Shown: positions 31,813 to 39,632 of the stretch, in pieces
Numbering within the stretch: the first letter of the stretch is position 1
Layout of the letters: every line of letters starts with the position of its first letter
Virus record (IMG/VR): IMGVR_UViG_3300021255_001218
Coordinates: 1 to 64,000 of that record
Length of the DNA stretch: 64,000 nucleotides
Origin: a virus
Lineage: Duplodnaviria > Caudoviricetes
Strand: one strand, 5' to 3'
Program-made: the position numbers and the translations under genes
The notes under the pieces: generated by a model
Seen by the model: only the letters and a program-made list of their open reading frames with translations
The model's database searches: none
What the model was told of the DNA's origin: nothing

Positions 31813-32154
31813 ATGAGTGAATGGCATAAAGATGATTGTATGTTATCGAAAGAATATATAGATGGTAATTATCTGGTAGATTTAGATCATATAAGATACT
31901 TGGAGACTGCTAATCTCTTATCAAATTATATAGTAAAAGCATATATACAGAAAATAAATCTTGCTATATATCATGCTATACTTAATTTTGAAAAAACTGC
32001 TGAAGTAAAATTAAGTGTAAATACTAAAAATATTGAAGAGTTAAGAATCTACGAGTATTTTATGTATTACATTAAAAAACAGCAGTTGATTATTGATAAA
32101 GAAGAATTAGATTATGAGAAAAATACTGCTACTATTGTTATAGGATGGAAATAG
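31813..32154 (+). CDS. hypothetical protein
   Basis: ORF in operon. Confidence 0.55.
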   Translation: MSEWHKDDCMLSKEYIDGNYLVDLDHIRYLETANLLSNYIVKAYIQKINLAIYHAILNFEKTAEVKLSVNTKNIEELRIYEYFMYYIKKQQLIIDKEELDYEKNTATIVIGWK

Positions 32155-32158
32155 GTAT

Positions 32159-32545
32159 ATGTTTAAGAAACTAAAAAGGTATATAAAAGACAAACTAGCT
32201 TATATTGATAATAAGTATTATCGGTTTAAGTATATCCATTTATGGAAGAAAGATTATCAGATGGATACTAAATACTATTCTGAGACTTTTAGAAATGTGG
32301 CTATAGACTTAGATAAGTTATTACAAAAAGAGTATAAAGCTAATAAGCCTAAAACTAACTTTACCTTATACTATGGATACTTTAGAAAAGGTAGAGATGA
32401 TGCTTTTAAATTTCTCGGATTTTTAAGATGGTTAGGATTCGAATTCACTATATATGAACCACCATATAGTGAAAGTACGATTATCCTAACTATTACTATT
32501 GATAAGCCTTTATTAGATAAACTGGCTGAGGATACAATAGAATAA
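32159..32545 (+). CDS. hypothetical protein
   Basis: ORF in operon, followed by hairpin 32552..32579. Confidence 0.55.
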   Translation: MFKKLKRYIKDKLAYIDNKYYRFKYIHLWKKDYQMDTKYYSETFRNVAIDLDKLLQKEYKANKPKTNFTLYYGYFRKGRDDAFKFLGFLRWLGFEFTIYEPPYSESTIILTITIDKPLLDKLAEDTIE

Positions 32546-32664
32546 AATGCGTAGAGAGGGGAATTTAATCCCCTCTCTATTAACATGCCTTTTAGTTATA
32601 TACTATAATATTGATAATATACATTTATATGTATAAAGTAATTGTATAATGGAGGAGAAGTAAA

Positions 32665-33681
32665 ATGAAGTATTATGACAAGAATGATTTGAAAGTTATC
32701 AACGAAACCAAAAAGAAGTATTTACCAGAAAGATTGGTAAAATGCGATGATAATATAACTATTGCACCAGACGTATGTATCTTAAATAAGATATTTACTG
32801 AATGGAATGAGGAAACCGAATTACCTATTGAATATTTATATATCTATAAAGCTTTGTATCCAAATTCTTATGCAATCGAAATTAAATTAAAGGGTGAAAA
32901 ACCAACTAGTAGTCCTTGCTGCTATTCAAATGATGAATTTTTTGTGCCAATAGTATCAACTTTATTTAATTATAATAAAACCCTTAGTAGTAAATTTAAT
33001 AAAGCACTTGAAGATTATTTCTCATATACTAATGGTTATATGTATGAAGATAAAGAAGATTTTCAGTACCAAATTAGAGAAAAATATAGATCCAATAACC
33101 CATCTGTAGGAAATACGGATATTATTCCTATTGAGCATATTGAAGCGATTGAATTAGTTCGAGCATTTAGAAATCGCTATATTGATATTCAATATACATC
33201 ACAATATGATTTATATGCAATAATGCATAATGAAACGACTATATTAAATTATATAACAGATAAATTCTTAAATGTATATAATGATATTTTAGATAATAAT
33301 TGCTTACATAAAAGGTATTTTAATATCGAAGATATTGAAAGTAAATGGGAAGAAATGCCAAACGATACTGATCGCCCATATAATGGAATTTGGCATATAA
33401 ACTTAAATTATATTAAAAATCATAATACTTATATACCATTAATTTGCGATAGTCCAGCCAATATTGCTAATCAATTATTAAACTTTTCCATATTATATGG
33501 TACAAATATTATAGGTTTAGATTCTATGGATTCGGAATTGGAAAAGAGATTAGTAGTTAATATAATTAGTCGTATTTATCTTGTTAATAGTAAATACACT
33601 AAAAATGAGCAGTATCAAGGGATTACAGTGTGGGATAAAACAATGGAAGAAATGAAAAAGGAGAATAACAATAATGCCTAA
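32665..33681 (+). CDS. hypothetical protein
   Basis: GGAGG RBS; early motif at 32597..32613. Confidence 0.6.
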   Translation: MKYYDKNDLKVINETKKKYLPERLVKCDDNITIAPDVCILNKIFTEWNEETELPIEYLYIYKALYPNSYAIEIKLKGEKPTSSPCCYSNDEFFVPIVSTLFNYNKTLSSKFNKALEDYFSYTNGYMYEDKEDFQYQIREKYRSNNPSVGNTDIIPIEHIEAIELVRAFRNRYIDIQYTSQYDLYAIMHNETTILNYITDKFLNVYNDILDNNCLHKRYFNIEDIESKWEEMPNDTDRPYNGIWHINLNYIKNHNTYIPLICDSPANIANQLLNFSILYGTNIIGLDSMDSELEKRLVVNIISRIYLVNSKYTKNEQYQGITVWDKTMEEMKKENNNNA

Positions 33682-33973
33682 AGTAATAGAGACGACTATC
33701 AATGAAAGAATCGAAAGTATCATAACCAGTATTAAACTCGATACTATAAATGAGGTTATGGATATTACCAGTGAAATCAAAGATCCTAAACAAAGACTGA
33801 AATTAATTGAAGAAAAAACTGAAGAAGCTAATAAACTCTTTGAAGATATAGTTACCAAAAACTTCAAAGAAGTAAAAGGCTCTATATTCGATTATCTTTT
33901 AGATTGTAAGATAAAAGCGAATAGGATTAATAGTAGTATCGAATTAGGTATTGAAGATTACGAAATAAAATAA
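33674..33973 (+). CDS. hypothetical helical protein
   Basis: overlapping start, AAGGAG RBS. Confidence 0.55.
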   Translation: MPKVIETTINERIESIITSIKLDTINEVMDITSEIKDPKQRLKLIEEKTEEANKLFEDIVTKNFKEVKGSIFDYLLDCKIKANRINSSIELGIEDYEIK

Positions 33974-33978
33974 AATAT

Positions 33979-34010
33979 AGACTGCGGGATTAAATCCCGC
34001 AGTCTTTTTT
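33979..34010. terminator. intrinsic terminator, potentially bidirectional
   Basis: AGACTGCGGGAT-taa-ATCCCGCAGTCT followed by TTTTT. Confidence 0.85.
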
Positions 34011-34137
34011 CTTAAGGAGGAACTCAATACGCAAACAACAACACAAGGACTCACTCAACCCATTATATAGTATCATATAAATACTATATTAGAATCTATT
34101 TCAATTCTATTACTCGAATGTTAGGAGAGGATATATA

Positions 34138-34386
34138 TGGAATCTAATAAAATAATGAATGTTGTAGAAGGTATCTTAGTAGATACAGTAAGGAATGTAT
34201 TCAATGATAAGACTAATGATACATTAGAAAAAAAGATACTTAATGGTGCTATAGATGCGATACCTAACAATCTAGGATTGGATACTACAGAAATTAAAAA
34301 TTTAGCAAGGAACAAACTTAATAATAAAATAGTTGTAGCAGAATATACTCGTCCAGAAGATAAATCTAAGAATAGATTTAGATAAA
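34138..34386 (+). CDS. small hypothetical protein
   Basis: 82 aa; AGGAGAGG RBS (ATG read at 34138). Confidence 0.55.
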
Positions 34387-34413
34387 AATTAAAAAATAAT
34401 ATGCATGTAACAG

Positions 34414-35053
34414 TATGGTAGTGTGCAGAAGAGATGAATACATATTATTAGACTAATTTTATGATTTGCCTTTGTGCACAGCTTTAGATTGTTTTCTATA
34501 GCAATCTTAACTGATACTAACACTTTACCATAGTCCGAATATTCCTGATTTAAATTTTAGTGCAGTGACACTAGAGAATCGGTGGATTAATGATAATTCG
34601 GTCTAAAAAGACAAATACTAATACCTAGGTAGTAGTAAAAGTAATACGTGTAGGAGGAGAAACCTTGCGTATGATCGTCTCCAGGTTTTATCATTTCCTG
34701 TAGAATGCTTTATCTTCATAGCCGTTGTCTATAAATGATGGTAGTAGTTTCAGTATAGGTGGATTGATCTCAATTCTTTATGGGTCCCTGTGTTTCTATT
34801 ACGCCTTAAAGAACAGATCGCCGAAGTACCATCTGCCTAAGACTGTAAACGAGGTCATAACTAGGATTTGGTCATATTGGGTTATGAATGACGGTTTTGC
34901 CTATTTTACCTGATCAATAAAATAGGCTTTACTCGATATCAAATACACACTTAGTGTATTTAATATATTAAACTAAAGAAACTCTCCCTATAATAGGTTT
35001 GGTAATTTTTCCAGATTAGCCAAAAACTATTCCCCATATAGTTTCTTTAGTTT
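34414..35053 (+). ncRNA. candidate large structured ncRNA (ROOL/GOLLD-like context)
   Basis: no credible ORF; more than 10 nested and long-range helices; late promoter motif at the 5' end; directly upstream of two tRNAs. Confidence 0.65.
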
Positions 35054-35055
35054 TT

Positions 35056-35141
35056 ACCGGACTGGCGGAATTGGCAGACGCAAGGGACTTAAAATCCCTG
35101 GGCTTTTGGCTGTACGGGTTCAAGTCCCGTGTCCGGTACCA
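35056..35141 (+). tRNA. trnL: tRNA-Leu (anticodon TAA)
   Basis: ACCGGAC/GTCCGGT acceptor, AGGGA-CTTAAAA-TCCCT anticodon arm, long variable arm, TTCAAGT loop, encoded CCA. Confidence 0.95.
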
Positions 35142-35143
35142 GT

Positions 35144-35220
35144 GGACCCTTAGCTCAGTTGGTTAGAGCATCCGGCTCATAACCGGACGGTCCTCAGTTC
35201 AAGTCTGAGAGGGTCCACCA
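35144..35220 (+). tRNA. trnI: tRNA with CAT anticodon, most likely Ile2 (lysidine, reads AUA)
   Basis: GGACCCT/AGGGTCC acceptor, TCCGG-CTCATAA-CCGGA anticodon arm, CCA; resembles Firmicute tRNA-Ile2 and lacks initiator features. Confidence 0.9.
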
Positions 35221-35262
35221 ATTTTGCTTTATCTTATTCACCATATATAAAGATAAAACTCA

Positions 35263-35292
35263 GAGCGGGCTTATCATAGCCCGCTCAGGTTT
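35263..35292 (+). terminator. terminator after the tRNAs
   Basis: GAGCGGGCT-tatcat-AGCCCGCTC then aggTTTT. Confidence 0.7.
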
Positions 35293-35321
35293 TATCTAAA
35301 ATTTTTAGGAGGGTATAAATA

Positions 35322-35822
35322 ATGTTCGAATTTGTAAGTAAAGAGACTTGGCTGAAAACAGATGTTGGATTTAGCACTACTGAGGATAATTACCCTGGTA
35401 ATGATAAAGATAAGTTTACTCCTGTAAGATCTACTCCTGGTTCTGCAGGATATGATATCCGTGCTCCATTTTCTTTTAAAATATTTCCTAATGAAAGAGT
35501 TATTCTTCCTACTGGATTAAAATGGAATCCTAAAACTTGTGAAGCATATCCAAATTTTGGTGTCTTACAGTTGTATCCTAGATCTTCTCTTGGATTTAAA
35601 TATGGTTTCACTCTGCTTAATACAGTTGGTATTATAGATGCAGATTACTATAATAATCCTGTTAATGAGGGACACATTATGATAGGATTTACTGTAAATA
35701 AAGAAATGAATATTGAAATGGGAGATAAGATTTGCCAAGGTATAATTCTTCCTATTATCTTAGATGATGAAATAGTACCTACAGTAAAGAGAGAAGGTGG
35801 AATTGGTTCCACAGGAAAATAA
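35322..35822 (+). CDS. dut: trimeric dUTPase
   Basis: all five motifs present: SAGYD, PRSSLG, GIIDADY, ICQGI, REGGIGSTG. Confidence 0.92.
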   Translation: MFEFVSKETWLKTDVGFSTTEDNYPGNDKDKFTPVRSTPGSAGYDIRAPFSFKIFPNERVILPTGLKWNPKTCEAYPNFGVLQLYPRSSLGFKYGFTLLNTVGIIDADYYNNPVNEGHIMIGFTVNKEMNIEMGDKICQGIILPIILDDEIVPTVKREGGIGSTGK

Positions 35823-35893
35823 TTCTCATATAACATACTCCTGAGGATAAATTCCTCAGGAGTCTATATATAAAGTCTTAAGGGGTAGATGAA

Positions 35894-36115
35894 ATGAATA
35901 ACAATAATGTAGAGGGAAAAACCTATGGGATTATTATTTACGTACTAGTATTTATCTTAGGAGTAATGATAGGAGTAGGTTCATATTACATAGTAAAAGC
36001 TTTTGTAAAATCGGGGATAGATGATAGAAAAGCTTTTGATAAAGCTAGATCAAGTATTACTACTACTTATCAATATGCTGATAATAGTATTAACAATAGA
36101 ATAAAATTTTTGTAA
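35894..36115 (+). CDS. small single-pass membrane protein
   Basis: one hydrophobic helix. Confidence 0.55.
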   Translation: MNNNNVEGKTYGIIIYVLVFILGVMIGVGSYYIVKAFVKSGIDDRKAFDKARSSITTTYQYADNSINNRIKFL

Positions 36116-36132
36116 ATAAAGGAGTTTTTATA

Positions 36133-36303
36133 ATGACTAAAAGTGAAGCACTACTTAATTTGAAACAGTTGTTTACGAATCCTGTAAATAGCTCTATCAA
36201 ACTAAAAAAAATAAAATCTTTATATATGAAGGTTAAGGCACTTAATATTCCAGATAATGCTGAAGTTCCTAACCAGATTATGATGGAATATCGTAATTTA
36301 TAA
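36133..36303 (+). CDS. 56-aa hypothetical protein (not in ORF track)
   Basis: AAGGAG RBS; MTKSEALLNLKQLF...EYRNL*; followed by a terminator. Confidence 0.5.
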   Translation: MTKSEALLNLKQLFTNPVNSSIKLKKIKSLYMKVKALNIPDNAEVPNQIMMEYRNL

Positions 36304-36309
36304 AAAATA

Positions 36310-36331
36310 GGGGCAGCTTAATTGCTGCCCC
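36310..36331. terminator. bidirectional terminator
   Basis: GGGGCAGC-ttaatt-GCTGCCCC with T-rich runs on both strands. Confidence 0.85.
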
Positions 36332-36360
36332 TTATTATTTTTTTTCTAGTAATACTAACC

Positions 36361-36426
36361 TTAGCCAAATATGGCTTCGATTAGTATTACTAAAATCTCT
36401 GTGTCATCGGCTGGACGGGGACGCAT
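36361..36426 (-). CDS. 21-aa peptide MRPRPADDTEILVILIEAIFG (not in ORF track)
   Basis: AAGGAGGTGA RBS; TAATG coupling to the upstream ORF. Confidence 0.4.
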   Translation of the reverse strand: MRPRPADDTEILVILIEAIFG

Positions 36427-36596
36427 TAGAATTCACCTCCTTCTTCGTCGACGACACTGCGATTGTATCTAGAATCCTCCAGTGCCCAGTCTAATTGGGA
36501 CTGATCATATACCGACATGCCATAATCGCTATCATTGTCACAGTCACCGTCATAATAGAGTTCAATTTGATCTTCAAAATCCATTACATCATACAT
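36426..36596 (-). CDS. 56-aa highly acidic protein (not in ORF track)
   Basis: MYDVMDFEDQIELYYDGDCDNDSDYG...DEEGGEF; 18 D/E versus 2 R; AAGGAGG RBS; early motif at 36668..36684. Confidence 0.7.
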   Translation of the reverse strand: MYDVMDFEDQIELYYDGDCDNDSDYGMSVYDQSQLDWALEDSRYNRSVVDEEGGEF

Positions 36597-36690
36597 GATA
36601 ACTCCTCCTTAGAGTTGACACAGGGATCACTGTTTTACATGATACTCTTGTACCACAACCCTATTATCATAATTATAATATATAACCAAA
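36594..36690 (-). promoter_or_regulatory. early promoter plus conserved structured leader (copy A)
   Basis: closely similar to 56090..56190. Confidence 0.75.
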
Positions 36691-36766
36691 AAATATAGGA
36701 ATTACATCTTGGTATCATAGAAAATTTACAAAAAAGAGAAGGGAATCCATTCCCTCCTCTTTTTAC

Positions 36767-37015
36767 TTAGTCGCAGTAGCTCCAACCACAACTGTGACAG
36801 CCAGTAAATAAGTTAGTCTCAGCATCTTTCTTATGATAATGCCAAGGCTCACCAGGCTTTTCGGATTCTTCCGGAAAATATATGGGTTCTCCACACTTCC
36901 AACAGAATCCACTTGCAGGAACGAAGTTCGGATAGTGGTGTTCGCTACAGAACTTCTCCTGTGCCTCCAAGCACTCTTGCAGATACTTCTTCTGGTCTTC
37001 ATTTAATTCTCTCAT
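36767..37015 (-). CDS. small Zn-ribbon protein
   Basis: CWKC and CHSC...YCD; early motif at 37075..37091. Confidence 0.7.
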   Translation of the reverse strand: MRELNEDQKKYLQECLEAQEKFCSEHHYPNFVPASGFCWKCGEPIYFPEESEKPGEPWHYHKKDAETNLFTGCHSCGWSYCD

Positions 37016-37158
37016 ATTACCCTCTCCTCTTAAAAAATTGAATAGAATTAAACTATAGATAGTATTGCTACTATCACATCTATAATATATAATTATAAAT
37101 TATTTTTATCTATACACTTTAATAAATTTTATTATTCTATTTATTTAGGGGGTTAATA

Positions 37159-38472
37159 ATGATGGATAGAAAACCTAAATCTTTTCGTGGTTGTTTGTCT
37201 TTTGATATACCAACTAATAAACCTGATTGGTATACTGAAAATGCTGTATGGTTTACATATGATCCTAAAAAAGGAAGTTCTACTGAATACAGTAACTATG
37301 GTAATGAAATCATTCCCAATCATGATGATAGATTGATTTCTGATGAAGTTATAAATAAAAATGATAATTCGTATGGTGTAACTACTATTAATGGTAAACT
37401 TAGACAGCTTACTATACACCATAAAGAAATCATTTATCGTATTAACAATACTCCATTGAAAGATGATAAATGCGATGAGTTTTATTGTTATGATGCTGAA
37501 TTAATTCCTTCCAATGCTAATAGTGATACGGTATTTGATATACTTGATGATGAATATATAACCAATAGATTTGCTGATAAGAAAGGATTTGCTAATCTTA
37601 CAGTAAATGGTCGTACTGGAGAGACTATGCAATTAAGTGGCTTCTCTATTGGTGCTGAAAGTAGTATCCAAATGGATATAGATAAATTTGTAAAAGTAAT
37701 TTTAAGGGCTGAAACTGATAAAAATGTTAGCGAGCAGCCTACATTTATAATGAAAGTAAATCCAAATTTCGACTTTAAAGGCTATCTGCAGTTAACTGTT
37801 GTAGACTATGGTGTTTTAAAGTCTCCTGAGATAAATATTCCTAAAGGTGCTACTTATCTCTATACTTTCTCTAAAGAAGAGGTAGAAAAGGTAATTGGGA
37901 TTACACCTAAAGAAGAAAAGAAAACATATCCACCTATTCCTACTAAACAAGAAGAGAAAAAGAAATATATTTCTCCTATATCTACTAGGGATTTAATTAT
38001 TCATCCTGATGATGCTATCTTTGATAGAAAGACTGGTATAGCACTTAAGATCTCTCTTATTGATGCTGTAACTAAGCATAAGTATAGAGTTACAGTTAAT
38101 CCTGATAGTCTTATTAATAGACTTAATAAAGAAACAGTCATTACTAAATATGAAGCTATAAGTAATTCTATTTATCAATTTATTAAGACTGATGGTACTA
38201 TATACTTTGATAAAGAGAATAGAAATAATTATATCAACTTTATTCTTACTATTACTCATCATATTACAGATAAGACTGAATTACCTAGCATTGAATTAAA
38301 ACTTTGGAAGTTTGATCATGTAGAACCGTTTAGTGCTTATCTTGATATAGCATCTAATAGGAAATTCATATTCCATACTAAACCAGCTAAAAAGATCACT
38401 CTAAATAAAGAGAACTATAGCTTCATATTTAAATATAGTGCTCTAGCAAATAAAGTATACTGCTACGAATAA
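37159..38472 (+). CDS. hypothetical protein
   Basis: 437-aa ORF with GGGGG RBS. Confidence 0.6.
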   Translation: MMDRKPKSFRGCLSFDIPTNKPDWYTENAVWFTYDPKKGSSTEYSNYGNEIIPNHDDRLISDEVINKNDNSYGVTTINGKLRQLTIHHKEIIYRINNTPLKDDKCDEFYCYDAELIPSNANSDTVFDILDDEYITNRFADKKGFANLTVNGRTGETMQLSGFSIGAESSIQMDIDKFVKVILRAETDKNVSEQPTFIMKVNPNFDFKGYLQLTVVDYGVLKSPEINIPKGATYLYTFSKEEVEKVIGITPKEEKKTYPPIPTKQEEKKKYISPISTRDLIIHPDDAIFDRKTGIALKISLIDAVTKHKYRVTVNPDSLINRLNKETVITKYEAISNSIYQFIKTDGTIYFDKENRNNYINFILTITHHITDKTELPSIELKLWKFDHVEPFSAYLDIASNRKFIFHTKPAKKITLNKENYSFIFKYSALANKVYCYE

Positions 38473-38487
38473 TATATACAAAAAGAA

Positions 38488-38513
38488 CCCTCAGGGCTAT
38501 TAAGCCCTGAGGG
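38488..38513. terminator. bidirectional hairpin between convergent genes
   Basis: CCCTCAGGGCT-atta-AGCCCTGAGGG. Confidence 0.8.
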
Positions 38514-38570
38514 ATTGTTGTTTAAGGAATGGAAGATAGATTCTTGGAAATGGTATAACAAACGTACCGA

Positions 38571-39062
38571 TTAGGTGAAATAACCCGACAGACGAATCTT
38601 AAAGGTCTTTTCACCAGGATTGGAGTTCGGCGGAGCTACTGCACGGAAACGCAGAGTCGCGAAGTTCTTCGTGCAACCACTACCATCACTATCATTACCA
38701 GGCTCACCATCATTAGCAGCACCACTGATAGTATAATCAAGAATCAAAGCACTATTTGCTTTAATATCTTTAGTCAGAGAACCACCAATTGGAGTAAAGG
38801 TAGTCTGGTCACCATCTACAGCCGGTTCATTAACCTGAATCCAACCATCACGAGCGACGTCATCATTAGCAGTATCACCTTCACTATCAAGTACAGTGAT
38901 ATATGCTTCCTTTAAATCAGAGACGTCAGTAGAACCACCTTTATTATTCCAGAGATTTACTTCCAGAACTTCAGTTGCTTCCTGAGCTTTAATCTTACCC
39001 AGGTTCCAACTGGAAACCAAATTCGTATGAGTAGAGTCATACAGAGCCATTTGTGGACCCAT
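38571..39062 (-). CDS. putative virion accessory protein (paralog of 39087..39566)
   Basis: shared WNN[KR]GGS..SDLKEA.IT.LD..G and G.ANDG...N..T motifs, C-terminal KIR..GYFT. Confidence 0.6.
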   Translation of the reverse strand: MGPQMALYDSTHTNLVSSWNLGKIKAQEATEVLEVNLWNNKGGSTDVSDLKEAYITVLDSEGDTANDDVARDGWIQVNEPAVDGDQTTFTPIGGSLTKDIKANSALILDYTISGAANDGEPGNDSDGSGCTKNFATLRFRAVAPPNSNPGEKTFKIRLSGYFT

Positions 39063-39086
39063 GATTACATCCTCCTTATTATATTA

Positions 39087-39560
39087 TTAGGTAAAATAAC
39101 CATTAATACGAATCTTATAATCACGAATACCAGCTGTTACACCAGCAGGTATTTTGATCTTAAGATTAACTGTACTATAGTTATTTCGAGAATTAGCAGT
39201 TATACCATCATTAGCAGTGCCTTTCAATACATATCCATCAGTAGCTCCAAGACCATCTGCACGGATATTCTTTACAGTAGCACCACCAACTGGAGTATAA
39301 GTAGTAGTATTACCATCAATGGAAGGTACATTAACACGAATCCATTTACCAGTAATAATATCAGTAACAGCTCGACCATCAGTATCTAAAGAAGTAATAT
39401 TAGCTTCTTTTAAATCTGAAAGAGCTACTGAGCCACCACGATTATTCCAGACAAGAATGGTTAAAACAGCAGACTCATTGTTAGCCTGTACTACACCAGC
39501 ATCCCAATTAGTAACTGTTCTATCGCTAGTATCAACTACTGTTATACTAGGAGCAGCCAT
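39087..39560 (-). CDS. putative virion accessory protein (paralog of 38571..39062)
   Basis: same motifs as its paralog; AAGGAGG RBS. Confidence 0.6.
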   Translation of the reverse strand: MAAPSITVVDTSDRTVTNWDAGVVQANNESAVLTILVWNNRGGSVALSDLKEANITSLDTDGRAVTDIITGKWIRVNVPSIDGNTTTYTPVGGATVKNIRADGLGATDGYVLKGTANDGITANSRNNYSTVNLKIKIPAGVTAGIRDYKIRINGYFT

Positions 39561-39632
39561 AATCACAAACCTCCTTTACAGAAAATTTGCAAGAGAGTAT
39601 ATTATTTAATAATATACTCTCATTCACATTAT

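Noticed and set aside
34725-34913. 62-aa ORF inside the structured region
   Set aside because: TTG start, no RBS; the region is better explained as structured RNA
34414-35053. tmRNA, RNase P RNA or self-splicing intron identity
   Set aside because: No GGGG...TCCACCA tRNA-like ends, no GAGGAAAGTCC RNase P core, and no interrupted host gene
36495-36698. 67-aa plus-strand ORF
   Set aside because: Overlaps the minus-strand acidic ORF, which has the promoter, leader and RBS
36763-37002. 79-aa alternative-frame ORF
   Set aside because: Overlaps the Zn-ribbon ORF 36767..37015, which has the RBS and recognisable Cys motifs
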